Source: Anseongella ginsenosidimutans | GTDB lineage: Bacteria > Bacteroidota > Bacteroidia > Sphingobacteriales > Sphingobacteriaceae | Length of the DNA stretch: 64,000 nucleotides | Assembly (NCBI GenBank): GCA_029268045.1 | Contig: JAJUHF010000004.1 | Location: 7,863-71,862 of the forward strand | Direction of reading: 5' to 3' | In this document: one piece after another, positions 63,031 to 64,000 of the stretch | Position numbering within the stretch: the stretch's first letter is position 1 | Layout: each line of letters starts with the position of its first letter | The notes under the pieces: model-generated | Told to the model about the DNA's origin: nothing | Database searches by the model: none | The model's input: only the letters and a program-made list of their open reading frames with translations | Position numbers and translations under genes: made by a program

Positions 63031-64000
63031 TGGGACAAAGAAGGAGAAAAAGAAAAAAGCAAGGTTTCTTCAGCAAGCTTGTCCTGGCATTGTATGTGAT
63101 CGCGGGAACCGCTTTGCTGGTCAGTTACCTTTCGCCGTACGTGAACCCATCGGGCTTCTGGCCCATTGCGTTTTTCGGGTTGGCGTATCCGTATCTGGTC
63201 ATTGTCAGTTTCCTGTTTTTCATCTGGTGGCTGGTCCGGGGAAGCAGACTTTGCTGGATTCCGCTAATCGTCTTACTCGCCGGCCTGCCCTTCCACCGGC
63301 AGCACTTTGGTTTCCGTTTTCCTTCCAACAAACCCGTACCGGATACCGCCCTGAAAGTAATGAGTTACAATTCACATAGCTTCAGCCGATACGGAAAGAA
63401 TTTCAGCGAGCGCATCAAATCGGGCATGCTCCGGGTAATCAGGGAAGCCGATCCGGACATCATCGCCATTCAGGAATTTTACACCCGTCCGGAAGGTTCT
63501 TTTGATATCCGCGACAGCCTAATGGACATTCTCAATACGAAACACCACTACATCGAAGTGATTGAAAAAAACGATTTTGAAACCCGCGGACTGGCTATTT
63601 TTTCCCGGTACCCGATCGAAAAGCAGGAGGCGGTCCATTTCAAGGGGAATAAAAGTTATAATTCCTGTGTGTACGCCGACATTACCGTCCGGGGTAAAAC
63701 CATCCGGGTCTTTAATCTTCACCTGCAATCGATCAGCTTTCAGCCCGAAGACTATCGTTACCTTTCCAAGGTGCGGGACAATCTGGAACCCGACATGCGG
63801 TCCTCCCGGCGGATCGGCGGACGACTGAAGCGGGCTTTTATGGAACGGGCCGGGCAGGCCGAAACCGTTGCCCAACTGATCCGGGAAAGCCCCTACCCGG
63901 TGATCATCTGCGGCGACTTCAACGATACGCCCATGTCGTACGCGTATCAAACCATTCGCCGGGAAGGATTACAGAGTGCATTCAGCAAGAAGGGAAGCGG
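63030..64000 (+). CDS. membrane-anchored endonuclease/exonuclease/phosphatase (EEP) family protein, 3' truncated by the window edge
   Basis: Open frame from ATG 63030 (TAATG overlap with the upstream stop) to the window end. It is not in the ORF track because it has no stop. KR-rich N-terminus, hydrophobic helices, then VMSYNSHSF...IIAIQEF...ICGDFNDTP. Confidence 0.75.
   Translation, partial: MGQRRRKRKKQGFFSKLVLALYVIAGTALLVSYLSPYVNPSGFWPIAFFGLAYPYLVIVSFLFFIWWLVRGSRLCWIPLIVLLAGLPFHRQHFGFRFPSNKPVPDTALKVMSYNSHSFSRYGKNFSERIKSGMLRVIREADPDIIAIQEFYTRPEGSFDIRDSLMDILNTKHHYIEVIEKNDFETRGLAIFSRYPIEKQEAVHFKGNKSYNSCVYADITVRGKTIRVFNLHLQSISFQPEDYRYLSKVRDNLEPDMRSSRRIGGRLKRAFMERAGQAETVAQLIRESPYPVIICGDFNDTPMSYAYQTIRREGLQSAFSKKGS

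Overview
This window looks like a core chromosomal segment from a Bacteroidota genome, roughly mid-50s % GC by eye. Three things point to that phylum. The gene order is rpsU, tyrosine recombinase, hpf, tRNA-Thr/Tyr/Gly/Thr, tuf, tRNA-Trp, secE, nusG, rplKAJL, rpoBC, DUF3467. A lipidated TamA-like protein sits next to a TamB tail. Shine-Dalgarno sequences are almost absent, and there are TAnnTTTG-type -7 boxes.

I call about 57 protein genes. They include gyrB, mdh, dapD, tsaC, cca, miaA, rny, zapA, pheT, glyA, uvrA, bshA and mutL. I also call 5 tRNAs and several intrinsic terminators. Many ORF-track starts were trimmed to conserved N-termini.

I found no CRISPR array, prophage, transposon, toxin-antitoxin pair or recognisable defence island, so most of the window is ordinary housekeeping DNA.

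The leads most worth a second look are:
1. A rod-like structured RNA of about 180 nt ending in U8, between zapA and rny. It could be 6S-like or an RNase Y attenuator, and it has a competing alternative fold.
2. A divergent pair made of a short HTH-WYL regulator and an MM3350-like protein with an extremely acidic tail, with a palindrome over the promoter, wedged between cca and miaA.
3. A strong, hairpin-sequestered Shine-Dalgarno sequence in front of rpsU.
4. A tightly coupled mutL-rhomboid-rhomboid-EEP gene string.
5. A perfect 13-nt tandem repeat in front of a TonB-dependent receptor that is paired with an unrecognised lipoprotein.

All functional calls come from reading motifs by eye. No database search was run.
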